DNA of 64,000 bases from Eledone cirrhosa. Its lineage: Eukaryota. The stretch lies in assembly GCA_964016885.1 (NCBI GenBank), contig OZ024746.1, positions 29,574,001 through 29,638,000 on the forward strand, in the 5' to 3' direction. The translations under genes and the position numbers were made by a program. The notes beneath the pieces were generated by a model. The model worked only from the letters and a program-made list of their open reading frames with translations, searched no databases and was not told where the DNA came from. The first letter of the stretch is position 1. Each line of letters begins with the position of its first letter. Shown in pieces: positions 14,038-27,984 of the stretch.

Positions 14038-15245
14038 GTCATGTACCAACCTGCCCCTGGTAAGCAGTACAGTGAACCAAATATCTATGTGTTTGGTAAA
14101 CGACTTGGAGTGGTTGATTAGTTTGTCTACCTGTGAAGCACTGTCAATCGATACAGCAACCTTGATAATGAAATCCCACTCAGGATTAGGAAAGCAAGTG
14201 ATCCTTTCGGAAAGCTAAAAAGGCGACTCTGGGGTCGGCGAGACATATGCAAGAAGACAAAGGTAAAGGTGTACAAGTCATGTGTGCTCTCTTCTCTTCT
14301 TTATGTCTGCGAGACCTGGGTCACATATCGACACCACCTTAAGCAATTGGAGCGTTTCCATCAGATGTGTCTCAGACGGTTCCATGGCGTTCACTGGAGT
14401 GACCACATCAGTGATGTCGAGATTTTGGAAAGCTCTCTGTGTGACAGTATAGAAGCTCTTGTGCTTAAGCAACGACTCCGTTGGAGTGGTCACCTTTCCA
14501 GGATGAAGTATTCTAGAATACCAAAACAACTCTTTTATGGAGAGTTAGTTAAAGGAAAACGACCACCACATAAACCAAAAAAGAGGTCTAAGGATTCCTT
14601 AAAAGCCTCTTTGAAAGACGCTAACATCTCTGCTGATACATGGGAAAATATTGCTGCTGATCGTAATAAATGGAGAAAGACTGTATATGAGGGAAAGGTT
14701 GCCTTTGAGGCATCTCGAACCGCATACGAGAAAGTAAAGCGGGATGTGAGGAAGGGCATTGCTGTTGCACTTCCAGACGGCGAATGTCCTTCTATGGTGC
14801 TGACATGCAGCGTCTGTGCGAGACTGCCTGAGCAAAACTGGAATCGAAAGTCAACTTCGCAGTCATAAAGTAAGACCAGTGGTTGACTACCAGGCTGCTG
14901 TTGGAGATGCTACTCATCATGCTTGCCAAGCATGTGGTAGAGAATGTAAATCAGCAGGAGGGCTCAAACGACATGCAAAAGTGCATGAACTCCAACCACA
15001 GCTGACTATTCCCAGTGAATGTTTTAGTTGCCAACTCTGTGCAAGACATTTTAGATCATTGGCTGGGCTAAAAAGACACATTTGATCGCAGCGCTGTTAA
15101 TTGCTATCGTGTGTATGTATATATATGTATATTATTATTGTTGTTGTTGTCATTATCATTATTGTTGTCATTATTATTATTATTGTTATTATTATGGGTT
15201 TTTGTCTCGTGCAATGGCCATACTCGATAACGAGCGGGCAGCCAT

Positions 15246-15247
<2 letters not shown>
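14038..15247 (+). mobile_element. 5'-truncated RTE-clade LINE with three C-terminal C2H2 zinc fingers
   Basis: VMYQPAPGK..FVYL*S..KAS.FGKL..LLYVCETW..RLRWSGH..RIPKQLFYGEL; CSVC, CQAC..LKRHAKVH, CQLC..LKRH; RTE-like 3' end before (AT)n. Confidence 0.9.
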
Positions 15248-15306
<59 letters not shown>

Positions 15307-15351
15307 AAGTAAAATAAAAAGTCAATGGTTTAAAATTTAGCTTCGTTTATT

Positions 15352-15406
15352 ACTGCTATATATATTTCGGTGACAGCGATCTTTGGCTGTGACCTCTTCA
15401 GGCAGT
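15352..15406 (-). ncRNA. Type I HHR
   Basis: actgc CTGAAGA ggt-c-acagc-caaagatc-gctgt-c-acc GAAA tatata TA gcagt, then AATAAA. Confidence 0.85.
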
Positions 15407-15589
15407 CCGAATTAGTGTGGTATAGACAAGTATATATGTTGTTGAGGTGTATAATTTTGTCAATACTCTGATATGCCCAACATATATTTAAAAAAAAAAA
15501 AAATATATATATATATATATATAAAGTAAGGTTTTTTTTACAAATTGAAAAATAACCGAGGTGTCCTACACGAGTGAAAGTATAAAGAA

Positions 15590-15978
<389 letters not shown>

Positions 15979-16043
15979 TATATATATGTATATATATACT
16001 TACATATATATATATATATATATATATACATACATACATACAT

Positions 16044-16078
<35 letters not shown>

Positions 16079-16086
16079 ACAAACAC

Positions 16087-16144
<58 letters not shown>

Positions 16145-16475
16145 GCTTCTCATAGTCTTAAACGTAATTTGTACTACGCCATTAGGTGTCATTTCTTAGA
16201 ACGGAGATTACATTTCATATTTGATGTGTATTAGTTTCATGTAAATGAAGTCACTTTGCTAAATAATTTGCAAATTTACCACCATTATCGAGAGATTTCT
16301 AGTGATAAATGAACTAGAAGCCTATAAAGTATCAGAGAAAATATTATCTCATATTTTTATCTAATGTTTTCTCTCTATTTTCTCCATTTTACCCAATTTG
16401 CCTCCCCCCTTCTTTCCTTATCAATCTAATATCAATCTAAAAGGCTTAATTTGGTATTTTGATTTACGAAAAAGC

Positions 16476-16799
16476 GAGTATATATCAAATAAGGAAAAGC
16501 GGAGTAGTTTCAGATGTTCAAGTCTTTTAATAATAATGCTGTGATATATATTTCAATGGCAACAGTGGTCACGCTGTTCCGTGCGCCAGTGTCGCGACAT
16601 CGTCAGACAGCTTGTTACATAATAAGGTTATGTTTCCGAGGCAATCCAAATTGAATCGACATGGGAACGGACGAAGTGTGTGCTCTTGGCGCACGGAACA
16701 GTGTGACCAATGTCGCCATTGAAATATATATCACAGCATTATTATTAAAAGACTTGAACATCTGAAACTACTCCGCTTTTCCTTATTTGATATTTACTC
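16476..16799. repeat. Inverted repeat (~112-bp arms) of an HHR element
   Basis: 16476-16588 vs 16687-16799; a diverged family member lies at ~54890-55040. Confidence 0.9.
16538..16611 (-). ncRNA. Type I HHR
   Basis: gctgt CTGACGA tgt-c-gcgaca..tgttgc-c-att GAAA tatata TC acagc. Confidence 0.8.
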
Positions 16800-16863
16800 C
16801 GTCACTCCTATGTGGAATAAGTACGTTGAGTGCTTGATTGAATTGCATCAATGTTTACCCTAA

Positions 16864-16921
<58 letters not shown>

Positions 16922-17213
16922 CCACTCTCGCGCACGCACACATATACAGGTACATATTTGTATACATACAATTATGCTAATAATAGAAAATAGCATCACA
17001 TTCAAATAAATTTTGTTCAGTTTTGCGAAGAAAAAATAATTAAATAAACGTCAGTATTCCACTTATGATTTGTTTTAATTTAGTGTAAATTAAAACAATT
17101 TTCCTTCTCTGATAACGTGCCACAATTCAGTATAGAAAGATAACTGCACTAATGTATCTTTGCCGGCATTAATGGCGGCAAAATGTTGAAACTATTTCAT
17201 TTCTGGAGCCCAG

Positions 17214-17393
17214 TATTCATAGGTCATATATAACAGGATTATAGGATATTTGTGAACGATCATAGAAACTGGGGAAATTCCATTCTGGTAAACAATTGTT
17301 GATTATTCATAGGTCATATATATTAGGATTACAGGATATTTGTGAACGATCATAGAAACTGGGGAAATTCCATTCTCGTAAACAATTGTTGAT
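17214..17393. repeat. 90-bp tandem duplication
   Basis: Two copies with few substitutions. Confidence 0.9.
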
Positions 17394-18220
17394 TACTAAC
17401 ATGTTGGACTGTTTAAATATAAGAATGCTATATGTAAACAATATATTTTTAGGCTATAATTCCATAAATCTTCACCATATATGTACAAATAATATACAGG
17501 ATTAAATGTGTAACTATTTACAGAGCCATATGTAGAGTCAGAACCTAGTGTTGTAACAATATGACCGAGTTAGTAAATGCATTGTGTGAATGTTGCGGTG
17601 TGTATGTGTGTATTTTTAATATCTATCTTCAGTGCTTTCAGTGAAAACAGGGTAGTAAATAATGTTACATAGGGGTGGTGGAATGGTAGAGAGCGGGGCT
17701 ACCTTTATGTAATTTTATGTAGAGTGGCGGACAGAATCTAATACGAGTGGTGGATGGGTAGTTATCACTAAAGTGACGTAGAAATACCCAGGAGTTGATC
17801 TATGGGTAGTTATGTCAAAAGTAGCGGGGAAATACCCAGGAATTGGTGGACGAATGCTGCAGGAGCGGGTAGAAAACAAAGTACATGCCAGTGGAGATTT
17901 ACAACCGAGGGTTTGCAGCTTTGTAAAACATGCGGAGCTGTGGGCATTACGGGAGCAAGTAGGAAGAAAGCCGTAAAAAACAATGTGAAAACAGCAGAGA
18001 GGATATATTGATGGTTATGGCTGAAGAGAAGTGACCGTGGTATGCCACTTGTCTACAGACTGATTTTCCATCAAAGTTAGTTGGGTCACGTAGATAAGTA
18101 TGTATGTTTTAAGACACTGCACACCCAGTGACTCCGAGATGGTCATGTCCTGTAATCGGATTACTTGAATGGAGGTTTATGTTTTAAGACCTGAAACACC
18201 CAGTCACTCTAGAGAACAAT

Positions 18221-18404
18221 AATTGTTTCTACTTTAGGCACAAGGCCAGCAATTACCCAGTGCATTACTGGTACTTTATTTTATCGACCCCGTAAGGATG
18301 AAAGGCGAAGTCAACCTCGGCGGGATTTGAACTCAGATCGTAAAGGGACGTAACTATGCTGGAAAGCATGGCGTCCGACCCGCTACCGATACTGCCAATC
18401 CACC
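18221..18404 (-). mobile_element. SINE family A with 14-bp TSD
   Basis: TSD tagagaacaataat (18210-18223) / tagaaaacaataat (18407-18420). Confidence 0.9.
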
Positions 18405-18529
18405 ATTAGAAAACAATAATGATGACGTATCCTGTTGTTCTCAATTGAGTGAGGATGTGTTATAAGACTGATCTCCTACCAAGTTGTATCTCACAGGTTT
18501 CCGAGTGTTTTAATGACAACTGCCATCGT

Positions 18530-18720
18530 TGGATCCCAAAGAGACTCCCCCACGATTGACGCCAGTCTTTTGCAAGGTGAACTCCCAGCTACTTCTGTCC
18601 CTCTGTTTCCTCAGCTGCGTGGACTCTAGTAATGTGAAATGAAGTGTATTGTTCAATGACAAGTATCAAAACCACGACCTTATATTCGTAGGTCTAACAC
18701 GTTAACCATGAGGCCACGTA
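18530..18720 (-). mobile_element. Old tRNA-derived SINE, family B
   Basis: gacgccagtc..cagctgcgtggact..gtgaaatgaagtg, similar to 19870-20065. Confidence 0.55.
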
Positions 18721-18989
18721 AACGATTACTATTTAATTAAGAGGAAATAAACATCACAGCATTGTGTTCTCCCATTCAAAATAGAGAGTCTATTGAATAT
18801 AAATAATAGCCGACATTGAGGAAATTCTACGGTGTAATATGGACCATCCACTAATATCAATATAATGTTTTATATGTTGGTTATATGTATAGAAACACAA
18901 ATAATATATAGAGTATTTAGTTACATGTACTTGTGTATAAAACAACGCAATAATTTGAATTTATGTTAAAAATTACTGAAACTACCAAA

Positions 18990-19032
18990 ATATTTAAACC
19001 ATGTTTCGTCGAGCGTATGTTTAAAGGAAAGT

Positions 19033-19121
<89 letters not shown>

Positions 19122-19167
19122 TGAACTTTCCTTTAAACATATGCTCGACGAAACATGGCTTAAATAT
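18990..19167. repeat. Palindrome centred on (CT)n(AT)n(AG)n
   Basis: Unique ~46-bp arms are reverse complements with 2 mismatches. Confidence 0.9.
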
Positions 19168-19269
19168 ACATATATATATATGTATGTGTGTGTGTCTATG
19201 TGTGTGTGTCGTATGCTGATTCTTTCCTTCCACTTTCCACAGATTTAATAGGTAGATCTTGTAGCTTAC

Positions 19270-19326
19270 CTCCAGTATATCACCTATTTTACAGTTATTT
19301 CGCTTATATCCTATCTTCTCTGCAGC
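19270..19326 (-). CDS. Candidate internal 57-bp exon of an unknown host gene
   Basis: ttttctattgttacag acceptor, GAG|gtaagc donor, phase-0 frame AAEKIGYKRNNCKIGDILE. Confidence 0.4.
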
Positions 19327-19869
19327 CTGTAACAATAGAAAACAACGAATTATTTATGTGACTTCTACTTAACAACAGGGTCTGTAATATTTTAGTTATA
19401 GAACGGTTATGTGGTAGATACAAACATGTAATGTAGTGTTGTACTTGTAAAGATATCGTGTAGTGTTATAGTTATAGACATGTGGAGTAGTGATTAGTGC
19501 TGTAGTTGTGGACATGTAGTGTTGTAGTTATAGACAAGATATTTCATATTATATAGGCAAACCATGTAATGTTATATTTATAAACAAGTCGAGTAACCGT
19601 ATATACAAGCAATTGAAAACACAGTTTGTATAAGTTAACGGAAAGAATAACCCAGCAAACACCAGCACAAAATACATATGATGAGTATCTGTGTATATAT
19701 AAAACACACACGCACACACAGACACATACGCACGCACACACATACACACATACACACACATACACACACACACATATATATATAAATGTGTGTGTGTGTG
19801 TGTGTGTCCCGGGTTCAATCGGTGGTAATCACAGAAAGTAAAGTACTATATACAATGTTTACCCACCCC

Positions 19870-20065
19870 ACCCCCGGTTTCATGCCGTGAAATGACTGAG
19901 AGTACAAGGCTCCCTCCTTGACAGGACGCCAGTCCATCGCAGGGTTAAACCCACAGCTATTGCTGGTACTCATTTTCAGCTGAGTATACTGGAGAAACGT
20001 GAAATGACACGTTTTACTCAAGAACTCAACACGCAATCCAGCCCGGGAATCGAAGCGACGACATT
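19870..20065 (-). mobile_element. tRNA-derived SINE, family B (CORE/Meta-like central domain)
   Basis: B-box-like ttcgattcccgg; ggacgccagtccatcgcaggg..ggtactcattttcagctgag. Confidence 0.7.
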
Positions 20066-20772
20066 GAGCATTCTACAAACGTTTGCAAACTCAATGTAGC
20101 TCTTAAGGAGATTTAACGTAACGAGTATATATCAGGTCCTTTGAATCTCATCCTTTGAATTACATGTGCAGTCGAACGGAAGGACTTCCAAATGCTTTCT
20201 GTCTACCCAGTTTTACTTAGAAGCAACAGTTCAACCCGAGTCTATGAAAAATAACATTAGTACAAAGTGCTATGCAGTGGGAGCGAATGATGGGCTTAAT
20301 GATTGCTAAGCGAACTTTTGATTGTTTTTTTTTGTGGGTCAGTATTAGCCATGATCTGTATAGATAATTGATTGCTTTTTGTGAAAGTTGTCGAGGTCTG
20401 TTACATGTTGAAAAAGACTTAGTGATTTTCGGGTGGAGGCGGATAGTAATAGTCAAGTGAAAAGTAGATATAAGTCTATAACTACTATAGTTAAATGTAG
20501 ATTTTAGTCTATATACACACTGAATTTGTTTGTCCTGTTTGATAGATAAGAAATTGATCGTGAAATTGCGATATAATATGTCATGCAATATACGTGTAGT
20601 TGTGTGTGTGGCTATAAATATATATATATATATATACACACGCATACACGTATACATATATATATGTGTATATGTATTTGTCTATAAGTATACGCATATG
20701 TGTATATATACATAACACACGCACACAAGTACACACACACACAGACACACACATGTATATATATATATATAG

Positions 20773-21106
<334 letters not shown>

Positions 21107-21169
21107 CTAAGATTTTGTATGCGTGACTGTTAATACATATGTATACCTACACGTGTCTGGCTACACTTG

Positions 21170-21233
21170 TGTGTGTGTGTGTATATCTATCTATCTCTCT
21201 CTATATATATCTATCTATATATCTATCTGTATA

Positions 21234-21266
<33 letters not shown>

Positions 21267-21271
21267 CTATA

Positions 21272-21302
<31 letters not shown>

Positions 21303-21449
21303 CTATCTATATATCTCTCTCTCTCTATATATATATATATCTATCTATATCTCTCTCTCTATATATATATATATCTATCTATATATCTATCTATATATCT
21401 CTCTCTATATATATCTATCTATCTATATATCTCTCTCTCTATATATCTC

Positions 21450-21492
<43 letters not shown>

Positions 21493-21508
21493 CTCTCTCT
21501 CTCTCTCA

Positions 21509-21546
<38 letters not shown>
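21170..21546. repeat. Compound (CT)n/(AT)n/(ATCT)n tract
   Basis: Direct reading. Confidence 0.9.
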
Positions 21547-21547
21547 G

Positions 21548-21829
21548 TAAGAGTTCTATTTAAATTGTTGGGATACAACAAGCAAATATTTTTATAACTG
21601 ATATAAAGCACTCAAAAAATATTTGGAGTAAAAATACGATATTAACTATCCGGGAGCTTCCAACAGCAATGGTTGCATTCTTTAAGGGTATGTCAATATT
21701 TATTTATAAAACTTATCTATATTTTATTTTATCTGATGAAAGCACACCATAATTTAACTTGGTGTCCTTGAAATATGTATAATGAATTAAATATGGTTTT
21801 ATAAATATAGTTTCCATTTGTTTTATATC

Positions 21830-21830
<1 letters not shown>
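21548..21830 (+). mobile_element. Penelope pLTR-like fragment
   Basis: Homologous to 34160-34620; shares aaatatggttttataaatatagtttccattt with the Penelope end at 9742-9772. Confidence 0.8.
21724..21790 (+). ncRNA. Type I HHR
   Basis: CTGATGA aag-c-acacca..tggtgt-c-ctt GAAA tatgta TA; stem I imperfect. Confidence 0.75.
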
Positions 21831-21920
<90 letters not shown>

Positions 21921-22037
21921 GTTCAAGAGTAACCAATCTTAAAGAGAGAGATGGAAATAGTAGAGGAGATATGAGAGGAGAGATTGGTGAGTTAGTTAGA
22001 AGCCTTGTGAAGTTTGTGGTCTTGTTTTGCTTAACTA

Positions 22038-22140
<103 letters not shown>

Positions 22141-22194
22141 TAAACAAATAATGAATAAAACAATGAAACAGTTCCTTATATTAAACAAAAAAAA

Positions 22195-22349
22195 TTCATT
22201 ATTTAACGATCGTTTCTAGGATATATATGTGTTAGAATTGGCATGCATATTCAACAGATCTATGTACAAAATTATACAAAATTATACAAACTATCAAGAT
22301 TAAATATACATACCAAACACACATATACGCCGTCTTCAGAAATAATGAA
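22195..22349 (-). ncRNA. Type I HHR with greatly extended stem II
   Basis: ttcattattt CTGAAGA cgg-c-gtatatgtgtgtt..aacacatatatat-c-cta GAAA cgatcg TT aaataatgaa; 10-bp stem I. Confidence 0.75.
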
Positions 22350-22938
22350 ATATATTTATTGATAATAACAACAATTCAAAATTTCAGGTCCGTTTGGGAA
22401 CAAAATTGACCAATGAAAATACAAAAGGTTTTATGCAGTTTGGCGTGTGTATATACATGTAACTACCCCGTACACATATTTATACAAAGATGTATGCTCA
22501 ACATGCATACGCATGCCAAAAAGATGCATGCAAATACAAAATTTCAAGGTTAATGTCTCTGTAAGTTTATAATGCACAGATAAGATGCGTATAGACACAT
22601 AAATATGAAATAAGTGTATACACATATTCTCATACTCACACATATCCGTACACTCACACACACGCGCGCGTATATGCATAAACATACACATAATTACGAA
22701 CATACATACACACACACACCCCCACACACATATATATATGTGGATATAATATTATCATAAGCACATGGATATTAATTCACTCACATAAACACTGCCACAC
22801 ACATTTAGATCAAGATACAGAAATTAGGTGGGAGGGGGGGAGAGGTCAGTATTCAACGGTTTGGGCAGACTGCTTATTTATAGATGTATCTATAAACTAA
22901 GAAATAAAAAATAAAAATTAAAAAGGAAAGAAAAGAAA

Positions 22939-22998
<60 letters not shown>

Positions 22999-23339
22999 TT
23001 GCAAGGTTTTTTATATGAAATCGTGTATCGAAACAAATATTGTTATACTTGGGGAGGGTTATATTGTTATAATATTGCTAGAAATAATAACAGAACACAC
23101 TCACTGTTTGGTTTGGGTTGGTTTTCGCTTCTGTATCTTTTATATCTCCATAGTTAATTGATTTGGCAATCAATGTTTGTCATTGATTGACCAACGGTTA
23201 AACATACAGATATATATAGTCTATCAAAGTTCTTTCGTGACACATCTGTGACATCATCAATGGTACTATTATGCTTCCTCCCATTGAAATTATAAAAATG
23301 GCGTAGACTACACTTATAACAATATGACTCTCGCCAAGT

Positions 23340-23381
<42 letters not shown>

Positions 23382-23397
23382 TATATATATAATATAG

Positions 23398-23588
23398 TTT
23401 TAATATAGATGAGATTCTACAGGACTAGAACTGTTTCATTCTTTAGAAATCATCAGGAATCACTGATGATTTCTAAAGAATGAAAGTTCTAGTCCTGTAG
23501 AATCTCATCTATATTAAAACTTTTATATTTGCAATGTATTGAGTACCTTACTTACTGTGGTTACCTCCGATTCAACCCGGAATAACGT
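23398..23588. mobile_element. Family M HHR element with 5' inverted copy
   Basis: Arms 23398-23455 / 23463-23520; ends ccggaataacgt before (AT)n. Confidence 0.8.
23413..23461 (-). ncRNA. Type I HHR, family M
   Basis: gattc CTGATGA tttctaaagaat GAAA cag-ttctagtc-ctg TA gaatc. Confidence 0.75.
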
Positions 23589-23591
23589 ACG

Positions 23592-23652
<61 letters not shown>

Positions 23653-23653
<1 letters not shown>

Positions 23654-23755
23654 GAGGGCGTGCTGAAACACATATTCCCCTCTCAGATTCACGTACTCAT
23701 TTCAGGAAGCCTTCAGTCTTTCTAAGCCCTGCCAAAAGAAAACTCAGCACCCTCG
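23653..23755. mobile_element. mariner-derived MITE
   Basis: TA-cgagggcgtgctga ... tcagcaccctcg-TA. Confidence 0.7.
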
Positions 23756-24529
23756 TATATACACACACACGCACACACATACATACATACATGCATATAT
23801 ATATAGAGAGAGAGAGATATATACTATTGAACATAAGTAATGACCGGGATTATAAAATGTTTCTTCGAACATTAACACCGTGGTATTTTATTCCTGTGAC
23901 GTAGTAGAATTTTAGTTGCATTTAGTTGCAATGAGAATAATTATAATATTCCTAAAATCTATAACATCAAACAATATTTAAATTAATTTAAATTCTTAGA
24001 TAATCTTCAGAGAATATTTAATCAATTAGATGGATTTTAACAGTCGCATTGTGCTACTTTGGCAGATTGTTTTAGTAGCTAGGAATATCTTTAATGCATT
24101 ATTGAAATAGAATTAAGGTAATTCTATAACATTTGTTAATTACACATTATTACCTCCCTTGAGAGGATTGCAATGAGAAAATGATGGATATCATTATGTG
24201 TGAAATATATAACAGTTGATATATAACATAAATCGACTATTGTTTTTCTAGTCTGTATGATTATACATATAGCGTTCGTATATCAATACTCCTTAGTACA
24301 GAACATAATTGGGGGAGGAGGTAGTTAATCTCTGATGAGAATACAATAATGTCTAAGATATATCAGCCTAATCACTTGTATTTTTCTGTTCTCGGAGGAA
24401 CAGTTAAAAGTGTTTAAACTTCATTCTTTCCACTACGAAGGGTTCAAATTAAAAATGGCAGTTCCCTTTATAATCTTCAAGAAAAGGCTGTGCTACAGCA
24501 TAAATACTTATTACTATTTTACTATTTCG

Positions 24530-24943
24530 CCATGCAAATTCGAGGATATGCAAAGGCTGGAGAGAAATGAAGCAAGCATGCTCCGATGGATGCGCAATGT
24601 CAATGTGCGTGAACGACAAAGCATGGACGAGTTGAGAGTGAAACTGTGTATAAGAGGAATAAACTGTAGCGTGCAGAAGAGAAGACTGCGTTGGTATGGC
24701 CATGTGATGCGCATGGAAGATGACCGGTCGGTGAAGAAGTGCCAATAAAAGCCGCTGGAAGGAAGAAGCAGTAGAGGAAGACCACGAAAAAAATGGGCGG
24801 AGGTGGTGAAAGCTGACCTCAGATCGCTGAAGCTTACGGGGGAGATGGTGAAGGACTGTGACGAATGGAGAGATGCTGTGCTGAAGTGGACCCATCCCAC
24901 CCTTGCAAGCAAGGAAAAGCGGACGTAAAATGATGATGATAAT
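24530..24943 (+). mobile_element. RTE-clade LINE 3' fragment with (ATG)n tail
   Basis: LERNEASMLRWM..RRLRWYGHVMRM..GRPRKKW; tail ggacgtaaaatgatgatgat. Confidence 0.9.
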
Positions 24944-25128
24944 TGTTTCTACTTTAGGCACAAAGCCAGCAATTACCCAGTGCATTACTGGTACTTTATT
25001 TTATCGACCCCGTAAGGATGAAAGGCAAAGTCAACCTCGTCGGGATTTGAACTCAGATCGTAAAGGGACGTAACTATGCTGGAAAGCATGGCGTCCGACC
25101 CTCTACCTATACTGCCAATCCACCGCCC
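24941..25128 (-). mobile_element. SINE family A inserted in the RTE tail, 18-bp TSD
   Basis: taaaatgatgatgataat at 24926-24943 and 25129-25146. Confidence 0.9.
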
Positions 25129-25412
25129 TAAAATGATGATGATAATGATGATGATATACATGTGTATAGACACACATGTCCATGTTTTTCCATACGTTTA
25201 TTGCTTATGCCCATAACTTAATGGTTTGACAAAGAGATCGATCATATATTTATCAGTCTTGAACAAATAGTTATTGAGCTCGATATGCACGGCTGAATTA
25301 CTTTAAGAATGTGCCCCAGCATGACAGATGTCTAATGAATGAAATTATCTTTTTAAAAAGACTAAAATCACTAGAGGTAAATCAATTATATATATATATA
25401 TATATATATATA

Positions 25413-25488
25413 CAGCGTGTCCCCAAAAATGTATGCATATATTTATTTGAATGCTGTTGAAGTGTGTGTTCATTTTTGGGACACCCTG
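25413..25488. mobile_element. ~80-bp Tc1/mariner-type MITE
   Basis: TA-cagcgtgtccccaaaaatg ... catttttgggacaccctg-TA. Confidence 0.75.
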
Positions 25489-25544
25489 TATTTCTTAGCA
25501 AACATGTAGCCAAAACATTTTGAAGAGTATTTCCATTGAAGACG

Positions 25545-25845
25545 CGTGGCTCAATGTTTAGGATTCGGCTCAAGATCGTAAGGTCGTTATTTCGATTCCT
25601 GGTGGCTTGTTTTGTCCTTGAGCAAGACATTTTACTCCCTGTTGCCCCATTTCACTCAGTTGGCAAAAATGAGTTGTACCTGTAATTCAAAGAACCACAC
25701 ATGTCACATTCTTTGGCCTGCTGAATCTCTCTGAGAACAATGTAAACGATACACGTGTTCGGAGAATACTCAGCCACTTCCACGTTAATCTTTTTTGCTT
25801 GGATCAACTGGATCACTTGTCGTCGTAACCGACGGAATGCCAGTT
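25545..25845 (+). mobile_element. tRNA-derived SINE, family B-like
   Basis: gtggctcaatgttt A box, ttcgattcc B box, gtccttgagcaagaca. Confidence 0.7.
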
Positions 25846-26055
25846 TATTATTATTGTGTCACCAATGTTATTATTTCTTTTATTACGCATATTCTATATT
25901 TCTCCGTCTTCTTTAGACTAATGTATTCCTTCCACATTTTCTATCGTAATCCTCTTTCGTTTCACCTTTGTCTCTTTCATACACTAATTCTAGAAATTTA
26001 TTTTCACCGTCGTCGCCATATTTAACTTTCAATCATATTACCAACATTAACTTTC

Positions 26056-26115
<60 letters not shown>

Positions 26116-26377
26116 ATGTATATATATATATATATACACCCATCTATCTTTATATACTTTTCTTCCGCCATCTGATTCTTTTCTCTTTTCCTCTATCTAC
26201 TTTCTTATCCCCTCTCTCTCCTTTCAATCGTCTATTTTCTCCTTTTCTCTCCCTTTCTTATCCCTCTTTCCTTCTCTCTCCACCATTCCTTCTCTCTTTG
26301 TCCCACCTCTCCTCTCTTTCTCACTCCCTCCTCGCTTTACTCTATCTATCCACTCCTTCATATTGTCCTTTCTATTT

Positions 26378-26762
<385 letters not shown>

Positions 26763-27234
26763 CTCTGTCGTTCTCCCTCTTTCTCTCTCTCTTCCGCTGT
26801 ATTTATCAGTCATATTGAAATTCCCAATAGGTCAATAATGTCTTGCTATCGATGTTGTAATATGTCCAAGTCGTTGTTGCTGTGATTGTGACTGTCATTG
26901 TCGACTCTGCTTTGACCAACATTGTTCAGAATTAAAACTAGGGGAATTGTTGTAAGCGAATTGATTCATTTCTCAGCCAAATTCCCAGAGGAATTGCTTT
27001 GATGAAGAATTGACGGCCAAATATATTCAGGTCAAGTGTTCAGCTGCCACCATTGAAACCGCTTTTAATTCCAATACTAAACAAGCAAATCGTTTCAATC
27101 TTATTCCATACATATGTGGAATGGAAACAGGTGATTTCTATTGACATTACTAGTATATCTAAGGGTAACACTCAAACAATAAATACCTAATGAAAGTAAC
27201 CTCTTTCACCTCGCGTTTATATATATATATATAT

Positions 27235-27383
27235 GTTTTTGAAATGCGCATAATAAAATACATGGAGCTCATTTAACCATCTTTTAATCTTATATATTAT
27301 TTATACTCCACTCCTACAAACTGTAGAGTGCTTCTTATCCGATATCTGCATTGCTTTATTGTACTACAATAAAACTCACCTCC

Positions 27384-27388
<5 letters not shown>
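27235..27388 (+). repeat. Truncated copy of the 57.9-kb HHR element (3' half of ribozyme onward)
   Basis: gtttttgaaatgcgcataataaaatac..ctcacctcctacat matches 57967-58117. Confidence 0.85.
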
Positions 27389-27459
<71 letters not shown>

Positions 27460-27672
27460 TGAGAGAGAGAGGGTGGTGGTGGTGAGAGAGAGAGTTAATA
27501 AATGAAACAGAACAAAACAAAGGAATGCGAAAATACTCAGCTATATTAGGTTCATGCTTGGAGGAAATGGATGAGGGCTCAACGTTTCGGATAGAAGTCC
27601 TTTATATATGTACATACACACACACACACATAGATATATATAGATATATATACAAACACATAACACACACAA

Positions 27673-27737
<65 letters not shown>

Positions 27738-27903
27738 GAGGGAAAGAGAAAGAGATAGAGAGAGAGAGCGATAAGATGTTACTGAAGAAGACTAGTAAGA
27801 TCATTATTTTACTTATTACTCCGCACTTAAGGAAAGTAGAATGTAGATAACATTAAAGGATAGAATGCACTACGGTCAAGTTTAAATCGTTTGTTGGTGA
27901 GAT

Positions 27904-27984
27904 GGGCATCCCAAACAATGTATACACATATTAATTAAAATGCTGTTGATGAAGTCTGTATACATTTTTGTGGGACACCCTGTA
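27904..27984. mobile_element. Degenerate copy of the ~80-bp MITE
   Basis: tgtatacatttttgtgggacaccctgta end shared with 25413-25488. Confidence 0.6.

Noticed and set aside
26978-27143. Open frame of ~55 codons after a plus-strand acceptor
   Set aside because: Weak donor and no recognisable domain
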